This document shows positions 1-24,981 of a stretch of 64,000 bases of DNA, one piece after another (the first letter of the stretch is position 1; each line of letters begins with the position of its first letter). This stretch comes from Strigamia acuminata (taxonomy: Eukaryota), in NCBI GenBank assembly GCA_949358305.1, contig OX442314.1:14322001-14386000 (forward strand), given 5' to 3'. A program made the position numbers and the translations under genes. The notes under the pieces were generated by a model. The model saw only the letters and a list, made by a program, of their open reading frames with translations, made no database searches and had not been told where the DNA came from.

Positions 1-11
1 GTGTTTTTTAA

Positions 12-5988
<5,977 letters not shown>

Positions 5989-8376
5989 AAAATCGAAACG
6001 ATAACATGGACAAGGTTTTAAGTGTTTATAAGAAACAAGCCTGTGATATTTTTTTTAAACACAAAACAATTTCTAAGCTATTTTTAAAGGCACATACATT
6101 TTTTGATATTTATTTTATGCCAGTAATTTTGAGAATTTAATTTGCATCCATATGTATTTTGAACAATTTCTCACTTTTTTACTTCTTTTTTTATTATCAT
6201 ACACGTTTACGATGAACTTTTTTGAGCTTATTTCGAGAAACATCACGTGTTGGAGTATTTTAACAGGTTTTTAAGGCTTAATAATGATACGTTTAGAGAG
6301 GATTGTTTTTTTCTTTCTTTACTCAGGAAAAAATAATATATAGTGCCAAAAGCATAATTCATATTTTTAATTACTTTGTTTTTAAACTTTTAAACAACTG
6401 AAAATCGTTAGTTAGAATAAAACGAAATTATTCGTAGATTGAAATTGAAATTCCACTGTCAAATGATGAAAAAAAGTGCATTAGTACAATTGTTCATAAG
6501 ATGTAAATATTTAGAAAAAAACAACTTAAAATTTAGTATTAATAATAACAACAAATAATAATCGATAATAATTCTAAATATTACTACTTAATCGTATTAG
6601 CAAATGGTAGTTACGCTTTTAAAGGTTTATCTAATATTTTATCTCGTTCTTCCAAAGTTTGTTAATGTATTTTCATGGTTTGTATATACACTCGCAGCGC
6701 TATTTATTCTTTATATTTTTTTAAAACATTCATATGGACACAATATGGTCAGCACTTTTCATTTGCTGACATTCGCTTAAGAGGTTTCTTGCTGCTCAAC
6801 GAATATTAAACATTTCCAAATGTGTTTTTGTGTTTTTATCATTTCCTTTTTTAAAATCCCAAATAGAAGTGCAGTAAATAAAGACACACAAGTAGTTAAA
6901 TTTCCGTTTTCAGGTGAGATTTTAATGATTTATCAGTTTCGTGACGGCCTTTCTAAGAGGACAAGTGCCTTGGCTTGAATCGGCTCATCTCAGTGTATTG
7001 TTTTACCACGCTCACTGCCAATGCCATCACTTAGTGCAATTTTAATAATTACAGTATTTAATTCATTATCTATATTTCTATTACATTGATGACTTGGAAT
7101 TAAAAATGTGTGCACGCGAATTTTTGTTTTGTAACATGATTCGATGTAATTCTTATACTAATAATTAATAATAATAACGAGAGAATGTAAATTTTATTTC
7201 TGTTTGATTTTCACGGGGGAAAAGAAAAAAAATTGTAAAACTTTTTTATTTTATTTTTAATGTAAATGTTCTGTAAACTTATTCCGTATTGTTCGTACAG
7301 TATTTAAAAATGAATGTAAATTAGTAGCGAAGAATGAGTTGCATTTTTCAATTGTTTTATTTATCGGTTCGATTAAAAGAAATGAAAAGTAAAAATAGCC
7401 ATATTTAAATTTGCGAGGCAACATTTGCGAGCTGCGAAGGCCGCCAACCTCCATAATAATCGACTCGTCCGATTTCCCCCATCGCCATGACGTCATTGAA
7501 TCTGATTTCCGTTCAGTCTGCGTTCAGCATGTGCAAATTAAAATGACGAGGCGGATGCTTTTTATTTATTTGGACGATTGCAATCCTTTCGAGTACACGC
7601 TGTGAACGATGAAACTGCCCATGTCGCTGTAAGTACCCGAAACACTCGTAACTTAAGCCCGCTATACCTGTCGCTTGCGCTCGCCCATAAACACCAGCGC
7701 AAACCGCACGTCTGCACAATTTTAGGCTTAACGAATTTATTAACTTGACAATTTCTATCGCTCCCAACAAAACCCAATGCTAATTGAAACAATTGAAACC
7801 AACTGCGCACTCAACACACGGCGCTGCACGTGAGCCCCGACTGGTTGTGCGTGTTTGAAGCGAAATGGGGCGAGGTCGGGTGTGTCCACCCAAGAGCTGC
7901 GTGGTTTATTAGACCTTGACATGACGACCACGTCGCACCGATTCCGATACGATTTTCAAACGTATTAGCCATTTTTATTCGACGTGTTTTCTCTCACGAG
8001 TTTCACATCGCGAATTCAACTTTTCTGTTATGCTACTGCTCGGTTATATCGAGTTGTGAAATGAAATGAGAGCGGAAGCCGAAAGCATGGAGGCGCGGGA
8101 ACCAATCACTCGCAGCCCACGGAATTCGTAACCTCCCATGCGGCTGCGCGCGACTACGGACAGCGGACCGAGCTCGCACTCAAACATGGAATGATATTCG
8201 CTGCAAGATCAACATCTTTTATTGGAGCTGCCGCCTCTTTTCGCGGGGCAGACACCGGCACTTTCCAATTTAGTTAGTCACATCTTTGAAATGTTCATTA
8301 ATTTACTATTTTTTTTCTTTATACTTGATAGATAATGATTTTTTTTTTATTTGATATATAAGTTGAAGGATTATAA

Positions 8377-15273
<6,897 letters not shown>

Positions 15274-16502
15274 AGAAATGGTGCATATTGATCTCATCTT
15301 TGCTCCTTTTCCTTCTTACAAAATATATGTATATATACATAGTCACATCTATATATACATATACTATATTATCATACATATATAAATATTTTAAATGAAA
15401 AACTCAGGCAGTTCTGATAATTCATCAAATGTTTTTATTTTGGCCAAGATTCGCCTGTTAAGCTTATTTTTCATGCCAATTTACTCATTGTTTTTCTTTT
15501 ATGTTTAAATTCAGCGCCACGGGATAGTTTTGTACCAGCGATTGGTGATCTGATTGATTTTGTTTTTAAACATACGAATTGCCCATGTTGTGCGATTCAT
15601 AATTGGTAGCGCTTCTTAAATCAGGAGTCAAATTTTTCCTAACTTTTATAATTTTTTTAAAGTGATCTTAGCGATAATTTTCTAGTAAAGTTTTTTTTGT
15701 ATCATAAATAACTATTTTCCATTTAAGGGCCTTCCGTGATGGCATTTTTCAAGCATACGAAAAAAAAAAGATGAAAATTATTTTAAAAAACGGTGCTCTA
15801 GCCCAACAAGGTTAAAGATAACATATCATTTCATTTGAGAATACTTAAGAGGTATTTTATATACAAAAATTTCTCCTTTATTCTTATTATATTGTGTACT
15901 TTTTTGCAACTCCGAGTCCTTTCCAACATTTTTATATTTCATTCATTGGACGTAGCTAAATTTTAGGCATTGGGGGCGGGGGGTTTGTAAACTGTACCTC
16001 AAATAACTTAAGGATACTTGTTGGAAAAATGGTGTCAGGTACACCAGTTTATGCTAGACATCTCAAAGTTGCAGTTTAAAAAAAAATGCAAAGGGCAATA
16101 TTAAGTTTGAATTGAAATGCGATATAATTGTACGCAAGCTTCCGATTTTATTGTAATGTCTTTATCCTGTGATCAGCAATTTGTCTGCTTTGTTTTTTTT
16201 TTCCCGACCCCTTTTATGAAGCCAATTTTAATATCACTTTGCCCAATAAACTGCTCTAAAACATTTTTGCTTTTTTTTTTCTTTTCTCTTTTTTTTTTTA
16301 ATTTGCCGGTGTAAACTCAGATTCTTCTCCATTGCATCAAAGACAACTTCTCTAATCGTTTTGTGATAATAAAATATATTTGATTTACACATCGATGGTC
16401 TATCGTCACAACACTAGCCAAACGTAAAGCAATACAAAAAACTTTTTCCAAATTTGTTTTCTTAGCACAAAAAGTATTAGTGTCACTTTGAGTAAGTAAA
16501 TT

Positions 16503-19110
16503 TCAATCTAATTCCATTGCTCTGTCGTCCCGACTCAACTTTTCATCGAACCTCTGCAGCCGTCGCCGGCGTAATTGTTCCTTCTCGTCTAAACTCGTGT
16601 TCGAATCCTCCGAACCGGGGATCGTGAAACTAGAATCGTCTAAAAGTACACATTTCAGGCTTAAATTAAAGCGTTTAGGCAGCAAAGTGTTTGTGTAAAA
16701 TTACCGTCAAACATATTTTGCTGAGGATCATTGGACGTTGAAGCAGTTGCTTCGTTATTCTGTTTCGACGTTGACGGTTTATTTACATCATCGTTACATG
16801 ACTGATTTTTAGTGTTGCTCGTGATGACGGGAGGCCTACAAATATTTCGCCGTATTAAAACTGGTAGTTTAATCAAATCCGCACGCATGCTCACGGTAAC
16901 GTCGACACAATCGCGGCGTATTGTTGTAATTGAACGACAGCCGCATCCAACAAGGTTTGAATATTGCTCAGGCACTCTATCCGAGCTTCTACGTGTTGCC
17001 TCTCTTGGCCTTCCATCGCGTGTAATTCCTCGTCGGTCAACCCGCTGAAATTTGCAGGTGGTCGTGGGAACGGAATCACTGCAAATTCAACCCGGATTAG
17101 TGCGCCGTTTTTGTTGCGACTTACTAAAATTTACTTACTGAAAGGCATGAATGGGAATGGAGGAAAAACCATCGGTGGTATAGATGTTTGAGGCGTGGTA
17201 GCAGAAGTTGATGGAGTACCACTGCCGGAAGTCGACGCTGTTAAGTTATTATTGATATTAAGATAAAGCCCAATTTAATAATGTTTTCCAGCTTACAAGT
17301 TTGTGTTGGTGGTTGTGATTGAACAGGCTGTTGAACAGGGGGTGGAGTCGGAGCAGCTGCGGCGGCTGGTTGCGGCATTTGCGGCATTTGCGCCCACATG
17401 GGGGGCATGGCTCCAGGAGGAAACATACCGGGTAGAAAACCAGGAACTAAGAAATTGTAATATTTTATAGAAATTATGCGGCGGCATCGTGTAATGTGCA
17501 CTGCACGTACAGTTGAAAAAAGGTTGCTGCAGCGGCGGCTGCTGATTCGGTTGTGGCGGTTGTTGTTGCTGTTGCTGCTGGGGTGGTGCGGGTTGTTGGG
17601 GTATTGGCGTAGCGGTGCGCAGTACGTCCATTCTGCACGTCGGGCAAGTTTGTTGACGTTGAAACCACGATCGTAAACAGGTAGAGTGGAATATGTGATT
17701 GCAAGGTAGCTTCTTGCTGGCTGAAAACATCTCTTCTCGGCAAATAATGCACACATTATCAGCAGAAGCCAATTCTTCCGGACTAGCATCGGGATACAGC
17801 GTATTCATGTTTCGAATGGCTCGTCGTGACATGATCACGTCGTTTAAGGCTTTTTTAAACGCCCTGTGAAAGTAAGGTGTCGTCAGTGCCAAATTGAAAA
17901 AAGGCTATTACAAATTTCATTACCTTAGAGTTAAATACATCGGTCGGATTGCAAATAGTGGAAACGTATGAATTTTAATCATGATTACCATAAATATCAT
18001 GTAAAGCACCACTTTGATGAAACCTAGTGTGTGTATAAATGTATAAATCGATTATGAATTTTAAATTTTCATCCATCTCATTAATAAATCACGTACCCAT
18101 AACGAGTTCGGTGTAGAGTAAATAAACAGCCTTATTCTCCCAAGGATTTTCACTTTGTAAATCAATGGCATGTAGAACGTATTTAATGAAAATGTTTATG
18201 ACGCTCATTAGAAGAATTGCGTACTGAAACATTTTTAGTTGATTATTTGAGTTTGTATTGGAAGAAATTAAATTACCTCAAAGCCAAACACAAGTTGCAC
18301 AGTCGCACCTTTCGTTAAGGTGCTGTAATATGCCATATTTACAAAATGTGCGTCGAGTAATCCTAATCCTATAAGTAAACCTAAAAAACAAACTTAATAT
18401 TTTTTTTTTATTTAAAAGAATGTGTCTGCCGAACGTACTGACTACTCGAGCATGAAACAAAATTGATATCATGGGACTTCTTTCCATCTACGTAAACAAA
18501 TACATCTTTAAATCGATTTCATAAGTCAAATAAATAGAAACTCACGTAATCGACTCTGTCATCTGCCAACCAATGAAAACACTTCAAAAATAATAATAAA
18601 GTAAACAAGGCGACAAATTTTGGACTGAAATCATCTCGGAATACGGTGAAAGCTAAACATGTTTCAGTGATGGCGTACCACGAGCGCTCAATCAAATGCT
18701 TCAAATAAAACAAACGTTACATTTTTTTTTTAGTTTTTAATTTTTAATTTTAATTATTTTTCGTGTGGACGGAAGAGATCAAGAAATGTTTACTATACCT
18801 CTAATTCTGCGGCACGTAATTGTCCAAAAAATACTTTCCTCATAATTTTCCCCGTCAAGATCACCAAAACAAATGCTTGAATATAAATAACCTGCAACGA
18901 AGGAATGTTTTATTTTCCATTTCGTAATTGTCTTATTTGTTTATACATGGTGATGACACATTTTTGCAAGTCGAGTCTTACCGCCATACTAGGGTTGGAT
19001 TTTGTAACATAAACCACTGATGGGTAAAATTGTTTCTTTTGGTAATATGCATTGCCGATTACTGTTACTGAGAGAACCAAACTACTAAGCGTTAACAAAA
19101 AGGATCGCAT
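16503..19110 (-). CDS. SYVN1: E3 ubiquitin ligase synoviolin/HRD1 (ERAD), multi-exon
   Basis: N-terminal GNAYYQKKQFYPSVVYVTKSNPSMA, ERSWYAITETCLAFTVFRDDF, RING-H2 CIICREEM...KKLPCNHIFHSTCLRSWFQRQQTCPTCR, Pro/Gln-rich tail, and C-terminal LRRRRLQRF. Confidence 0.97.
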
Positions 19111-19509
19111 TTTAAATCAGCTGTTACAACTTGAACTGTGAAGCCGATACCAAACTAATGTTATTTTCTGCTTTAGTTGATGCACTTCCGGAAATTTCAG
19201 ATCTTTTGCTCGTGGCACATTTTGATTGGTCCATAACTGAAAACAATTTTAAGTATGTGGGTAATTTAATTTACAGCTCTTTTTATTATTCTAAAGGTAT
19301 CTTTAATTAATTTATCCATTTATAAAAGCATTTAAGTCAAAAACAAATTTTATAATTTTAAATCTCGTTTCGTAACTCCGGAGTTACAAAAAAATGTCAA
19401 TTTTAACCCGACGAGACCAGCCATAGCAGACGACAACGTTTACCTAGTGAAGCAAAGGCAGCTTTACTATTAGATTAATAGTTAATATTAATAGTTCCAA
19501 CACGAATAA

Positions 19510-20595
19510 ATGGATATCAATGGCCGTAAACGGACTGGTAATGTTTTAACAACACTCGTTACGAAAAAGCGAAACCAAAGGCAAATTTTAACTGAATATA
19601 ATCAAAACGATGTTACTGCAACTGTCGAGGATATGAAAAACTTTTTCGAATTACTCGGTAAGATATTTTGTGCGATAACCTTGTAGCAGCATAAAAGCAA
19701 GGAATGTTTACTTTTTAAAGAGGACAAAATGATTGCAAAATTTTTAATGCGGGATACCTGCTACAAGTTGGTGGATAAGGTACGTAGGAAATTCAAATAT
19801 ATATTTTTTTCCTCATAAAAATTTTTTTCTTCTTCAGTACCTTTTAGCAATGGTATTTGTATACTTTCAACGGGCGAAAGTTAAGAAGAAAAACTACTCT
19901 AGATTATCATTTTTTGTCGGATTGTAAATTTATCAAATGATTGGATTACAAATTTGGTTCTAACGGCAAATTTTCGTAAAATTAGATTCTTGGCTCACGA
20001 CATGGAAGAGGACGAAGAGGATATTAAATTCGAAATATTTCCGTGGATTTTAGGAAGAAATTGGCAGTCGAAATATCCCAAGTTCCTTTTATTGCGGGAT
20101 AAACTATGGAGTACTATGGATCACAGGGCTGTAGTCAGCAAAAAATGCTGCTTAGAAGTAAAAATATTAAAATAAATGTAAAAATACAATTCTTTTGGTT
20201 TGAGTACTGATGATTCAATTTTACAGGTGTTTTCCATTGAGCCCGATCATCCTCTTTGGAAACGTGAGCGATTCCAACATCATTCAGGATGCTGCCGAAG
20301 TCTGACTTACGACAAACCGCGCGGTCCAGACAAATCGCCTCTCATGTGTGAACAGTGCATAGCTCAGCATCTGTATTCCGTCCCGACAGTTTACGACTCG
20401 CTCATTTACTTACCTGATAGTAAAGAGAATTTGCCGTTGCCAAGCGTTAACAAGGAATTTGTAAACGGTAACTTTAAAACTAAATTTAGTTTACCGGTGC
20501 TTATTTCATTTCATTTGTTGAGTATAGATGGTAAAGCTTCTCTCCATGACAAAAAAACCGTTTTCCGTTACATTTCGTGGTCAGTTGAAGACTAA
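19510..20595 (+). CDS. SPDYA: Speedy/RINGO atypical CDK activator, about 6 exons
   Basis: Spliced translation: [27 protein letters not shown]...[28 protein letters not shown]...[40 protein letters not shown], which is the Speedy/RINGO box. Confidence 0.92.
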
Positions 20596-20783
20596 AAAAC
20601 ATCAGTTTTGTTGCATTTTGTTTTGTTGCATTTTACTTTTTAATTTTTTTCATTCCATTTCATGTATTTTTCAATCTATTTATACATCGATCACGCATTA
20701 ATTATTCATGTACCGTAACAACAAAATATTCACATGTTCAGTTTGAATGATTTTGATTTTCCATGTAAAGTTGTTTACTACTT

Positions 20784-21275
20784 TTAGAGAATAAACATTT
20801 CATTTTTAAAGGGTTTTGACACATTTATTACTGCTTGTTGAACTTCAACAACATTGCGATTTGGAGTTTTCTTGGTGGCTTGCAGGAAAGCCTTTAGTTG
20901 ACTCTTAGGACTGTGGTAATTCCTCATTACCAAGAAGATTATCTTGCGAGCTTGTTTTTGGTAAATTGGTGTCATACTTAGCATCAGTAGTACTTCTGTG
21001 GCAGACATCATCGAAACAAATCTATTAAAACAAACACAAATGTTTAAATCACCACATCTCTTTTATTGATTTAGTCTAATCCTCTGAAGTAAAGACACAA
21101 TACGACACATTTAAAAATGTTAACTCGGTTTTACACATTTTCCGAGTAATATTATTGGATTTTTCAAAGACAGCCGGGGTCAGTGGCGGAGGCGGATCTA
21201 GCACCCGGCTATTGGGGCTTGAGCCCCGGGCCCCCAAATTCTAGGGGGCCCCCGAGACTCTATCTGGGCCATGTA

Positions 21276-21311
<36 letters not shown>

Positions 21312-22579
21312 AAGGTCGCTATTAAAAATTTTGAGAAAGGGGCCCCGAAAAAACCTCAAGCCCCGGGCCCCCGAAAAGTTAGATCCGCCCCTGGCCGGGG
21401 TTATATATGACTTATACACAAAGACGAATATGATGAAATTGGTTGAGCTAGAACTTCCTTTTCCACTTATAAATCACATGATTAATTGAATAGCTGTATT
21501 CAAATTGAAAAATAATAACAGCAGCAACGCGTTGTTTCATGGAGACTTTGGCCGATACCGTCAAGCTCACGTGTCAGTCGATTAAACTGATATGAATTTT
21601 CTTTCAACGGACAATAAAATTAAACAAGCTGCATTTCATCCCACTTTGACCGGTTGAATAAATCTAGAAAATTTTAATGTAAATCATGTGAGTTGATATG
21701 ATCATGGTTGTGTTAAATTCTCTAGAAATCAGATTGTTATCAACATTGTATCAGCGAGTATAACACCGTTTCATCTCGCACCTTGTGGTCAACCACTGGA
21801 CAGATGTTGCTGAAAGTCTCAAGAAGTTGTAAGAACATAGACAAATAGTGCCTGAATCAACTGAGAAAGGACATCACGATTTCACCAGATCTGAAGGGAC
21901 GAAGATGATGCATAGTCATAAGAAATCTGTGAGTAATACCGCATTTTATTGAATTCAGTTCTATTTAAATGTCTTATTTCAATGTACCAGACTCAAATGA
22001 TTGTTAGCTGAATGTTTAGATTTATTAGCGTGGTTTATGTAGTGTTTACAAAAACCACTTGTGTAGGATTTGAATTGGCGTGAGCCAGCCTAAAAGTAGG
22101 CAAATGAAACCATTTATTTTATTAATTATTTTTTTAATTCTTATTAGTAAATTTAAGAATAAACTTTTTTATACCCTCAAATGGCATCCAGTCGCGTGTG
22201 CACCTGAGGGAAGAATAGTAACCATAGACGTCTATGAAGTATTTAGTATATTACAACTTCTTGCAGCCTTCCTTATCTAATATGAACGTGGAATTAGTGA
22301 ATTTTTATTTTTATTCTTGTTTTATTTATATTGATCGAATACATTTTCACACATGGACAAAAAAATGACTTTACTAGCGATTCAATTAACCATATTGTAA
22401 TAAACATAATTTCCAACTATGATATGAAGTTTCATTTCATCCTGCACCCCAGAAATCTGGCCAAAATTCCTCATTTCGTACCACAAGTACTCATGTAGTT
22501 CACCATTATTCAAAAAAGATTGCAAGGTCATAAACCCAAAACACAATGTAACACAATTTAAAAAAAAATTAAAAAACAA
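20784..22579 (-). pseudogene. Possible decayed multi-exon gene or spliced lncRNA, divergent from TRAPPC1
   Basis: Exon-like blocks alternate with AT-rich GT..AG intron-like gaps on the minus strand (22390-22277, 22174-22090, acceptor at 21023-21022). Frames are broken by stops and the locus is interrupted by the MITE. No family recognised. Confidence 0.3.
21181..21393. mobile_element. Non-autonomous hAT-like MITE (213 bp)
   Basis: Termini CAGTGGCGGA(GGCGGA)TCTA ... TAGATCCGCCCCTG, with internal GGGCCCC palindromic subrepeats and a ~30-nt A run. Perfect 8-bp target-site duplication GCCGGGGT at 21173-21180 and 21394-21401. Confidence 0.88.
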
Positions 22580-22792
22580 TTTTGTTTTCTATCAAGGGAA
22601 TGGAAGTTGAAGTTTTAACCACCAATTATCAATTAAGTCGTGATTTCAACCATAACAAATGTTTAGCAAACACATTTTGTAAGTCTAGATATACAGTTAT
22701 TTGGAAACATAATTTGCAAGCATATTTTGAAAATAAATGTTGAAAACGTATTTTATATAAAACAATTCTTTAAAATATGTTTGCCCTTCTAG

Positions 22793-23314
<522 letters not shown>

Positions 23315-23327
23315 ACGAAAAAGGAAC

Positions 23328-24218
23328 ATGTTGAAAACGGACGAACACGATGAAAATGAAAACGAAGAAAACATAACTGACTTTGAATTTGAAACTTTAA
23401 ATCTAAATCATGAACAACTCCAAGTCGGTTGTGAATTTTTCAAGAAATATGTCTTCAGTTTGTACATGTCATGTTTAAGCGGTCTCTTAATGCTTCTAAC
23501 TTTTCCCAATATTGCGACGACTCTAAATTTCACCAAACAAACAGACTCTCCAAAGAAAGCCTTCAAACGATATTTTAAAACTCTGTCGGTAATGAACCAG
23601 TGGTACAAGATTGATAATTGGAGTAAAAATGGCAAAGCATATCAAAGTTTAAAACGTGTGAGGAAAATCCATGCGTCGGTTGGGAAAAAACAAAATTATT
23701 CTTTTTCGCAAATTGATTTGGCGATTACTCAGTTTGCATTCGTGGCTCCCATGGTTCTGTATCCAAAAAAACTGGGTTTATCTGCTACCACAACCGAAAT
23801 GGAGGGACTATTTCATTTGTGGAGAAATATTGGATATTTGTGTGGACTAGATGATTCGCACAATTTGTGTAGCGGATCTTATAGCCAAGTTGTAGAGAAA
23901 TGTGAGCAAATATTGCAGGATGAAATCCAACCAGGAATGTTGAATCCACCAGTGACATTTCACAAGTTATCTGTAAATATGTTGGAAGGGTTTAAATTTG
24001 TTGTTCCATACCTCGATTGTGAAACCGCAATTGCGTTTACTTACGACTTGTTAAATGTGAAATATTCCAAACCACTCAAGCCCTATTCGTTGTTTATGTA
24101 TTATTTACAAGTTTGCGTGTGTAAACTGTTGATTTTTTTCCCGAAATTTCACAATGTATTCAATTTCTTAATGCGACAGGCGTTGAGGCGTGCGTCAATT
24201 AAAATGAAAACAATTTAA
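23328..24218 (+). CDS. DUF2236 / ER-bound oxygenase MpaB / rubber-oxygenase-like protein, intronless
   Basis: 296-aa ORF with motifs typical of this globin-like family: AFKRYFKT, SLKRVRKIHASV, SQIDLAITQFAF, LFHLWRNIGYLCGLDDSHNLC. Recognised from motif memory, not by a search. Confidence 0.8.
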   Translation: MLKTDEHDENENEENITDFEFETLNLNHEQLQVGCEFFKKYVFSLYMSCLSGLLMLLTFPNIATTLNFTKQTDSPKKAFKRYFKTLSVMNQWYKIDNWSKNGKAYQSLKRVRKIHASVGKKQNYSFSQIDLAITQFAFVAPMVLYPKKLGLSATTTEMEGLFHLWRNIGYLCGLDDSHNLCSGSYSQVVEKCEQILQDEIQPGMLNPPVTFHKLSVNMLEGFKFVVPYLDCETAIAFTYDLLNVKYSKPLKPYSLFMYYLQVCVCKLLIFFPKFHNVFNFLMRQALRRASIKMKTI

Positions 24219-24981
24219 AATGGCCAGTATTATTTAATTACAATAATTTCTACTTACACATGTTGCATTTCATATTTTTAATTTAAATTTTGGAATGTTC
24301 ATTTACAATTTCTGTATTATTACTGTAACCAAAAAAATTTGAAACATTAATAACTTTCAGTTACAATGTTATACAGTACATTATTATAATTATTTTTTGT
24401 TTGCACAAGCAAATTATTCTATTTAAAAAAAGAAAAAGAAAAAGATAATAAAAATTTTATCTTTCACCATTTTGTGCTAAAAATAACATTTATAATCAAT
24501 CGCCTTTACAAAATGAAAAATTAAGATTTATTTATTACAAGCAGTGTCATTCACAAACAAAATCAACATGACAACCCACTGAAACATTTTATCAAGATGT
24601 TAATTTTGTTATCGAGATGCTGTAGTGTCCGACTGGTTACAAAATAAATAATTATAGCGGCTACAAAAAATAGCTAAATTATTCACCATCACAGCAAAAC
24701 TTAGATATTTTATAATTTAAACAAACTATAACCATCGTGTAACGTGGCATATTTTCTCTTCCTCGCAATTTAAGTCAATAAAACTCCTAAATCACACGCC
24801 AAACATTTCATTCCTATATGTAAAGTTGATGACCAAAAATAAGCATTTAATGTCACATCACATCTTTTTTTTAAGTCATTTTTTAAAATTTATTCAATTT
24901 TTAAAAACCATTTCCTAATGAATGAAATAGGTTGCAGCTCAGCTAATTGTTTATGTAATCAGATTTTATACACAGCCTGGC

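Noticed and set aside
20596..20780. CPE/Pumilio-like elements in the Speedy 3' UTR
   Set aside because: U-rich motifs are expected by chance at this AT content.
21183..21410. 75-aa ORF with poly-Lys
   Set aside because: It is the translation of the MITE and its poly-A run, with a non-ATG start.
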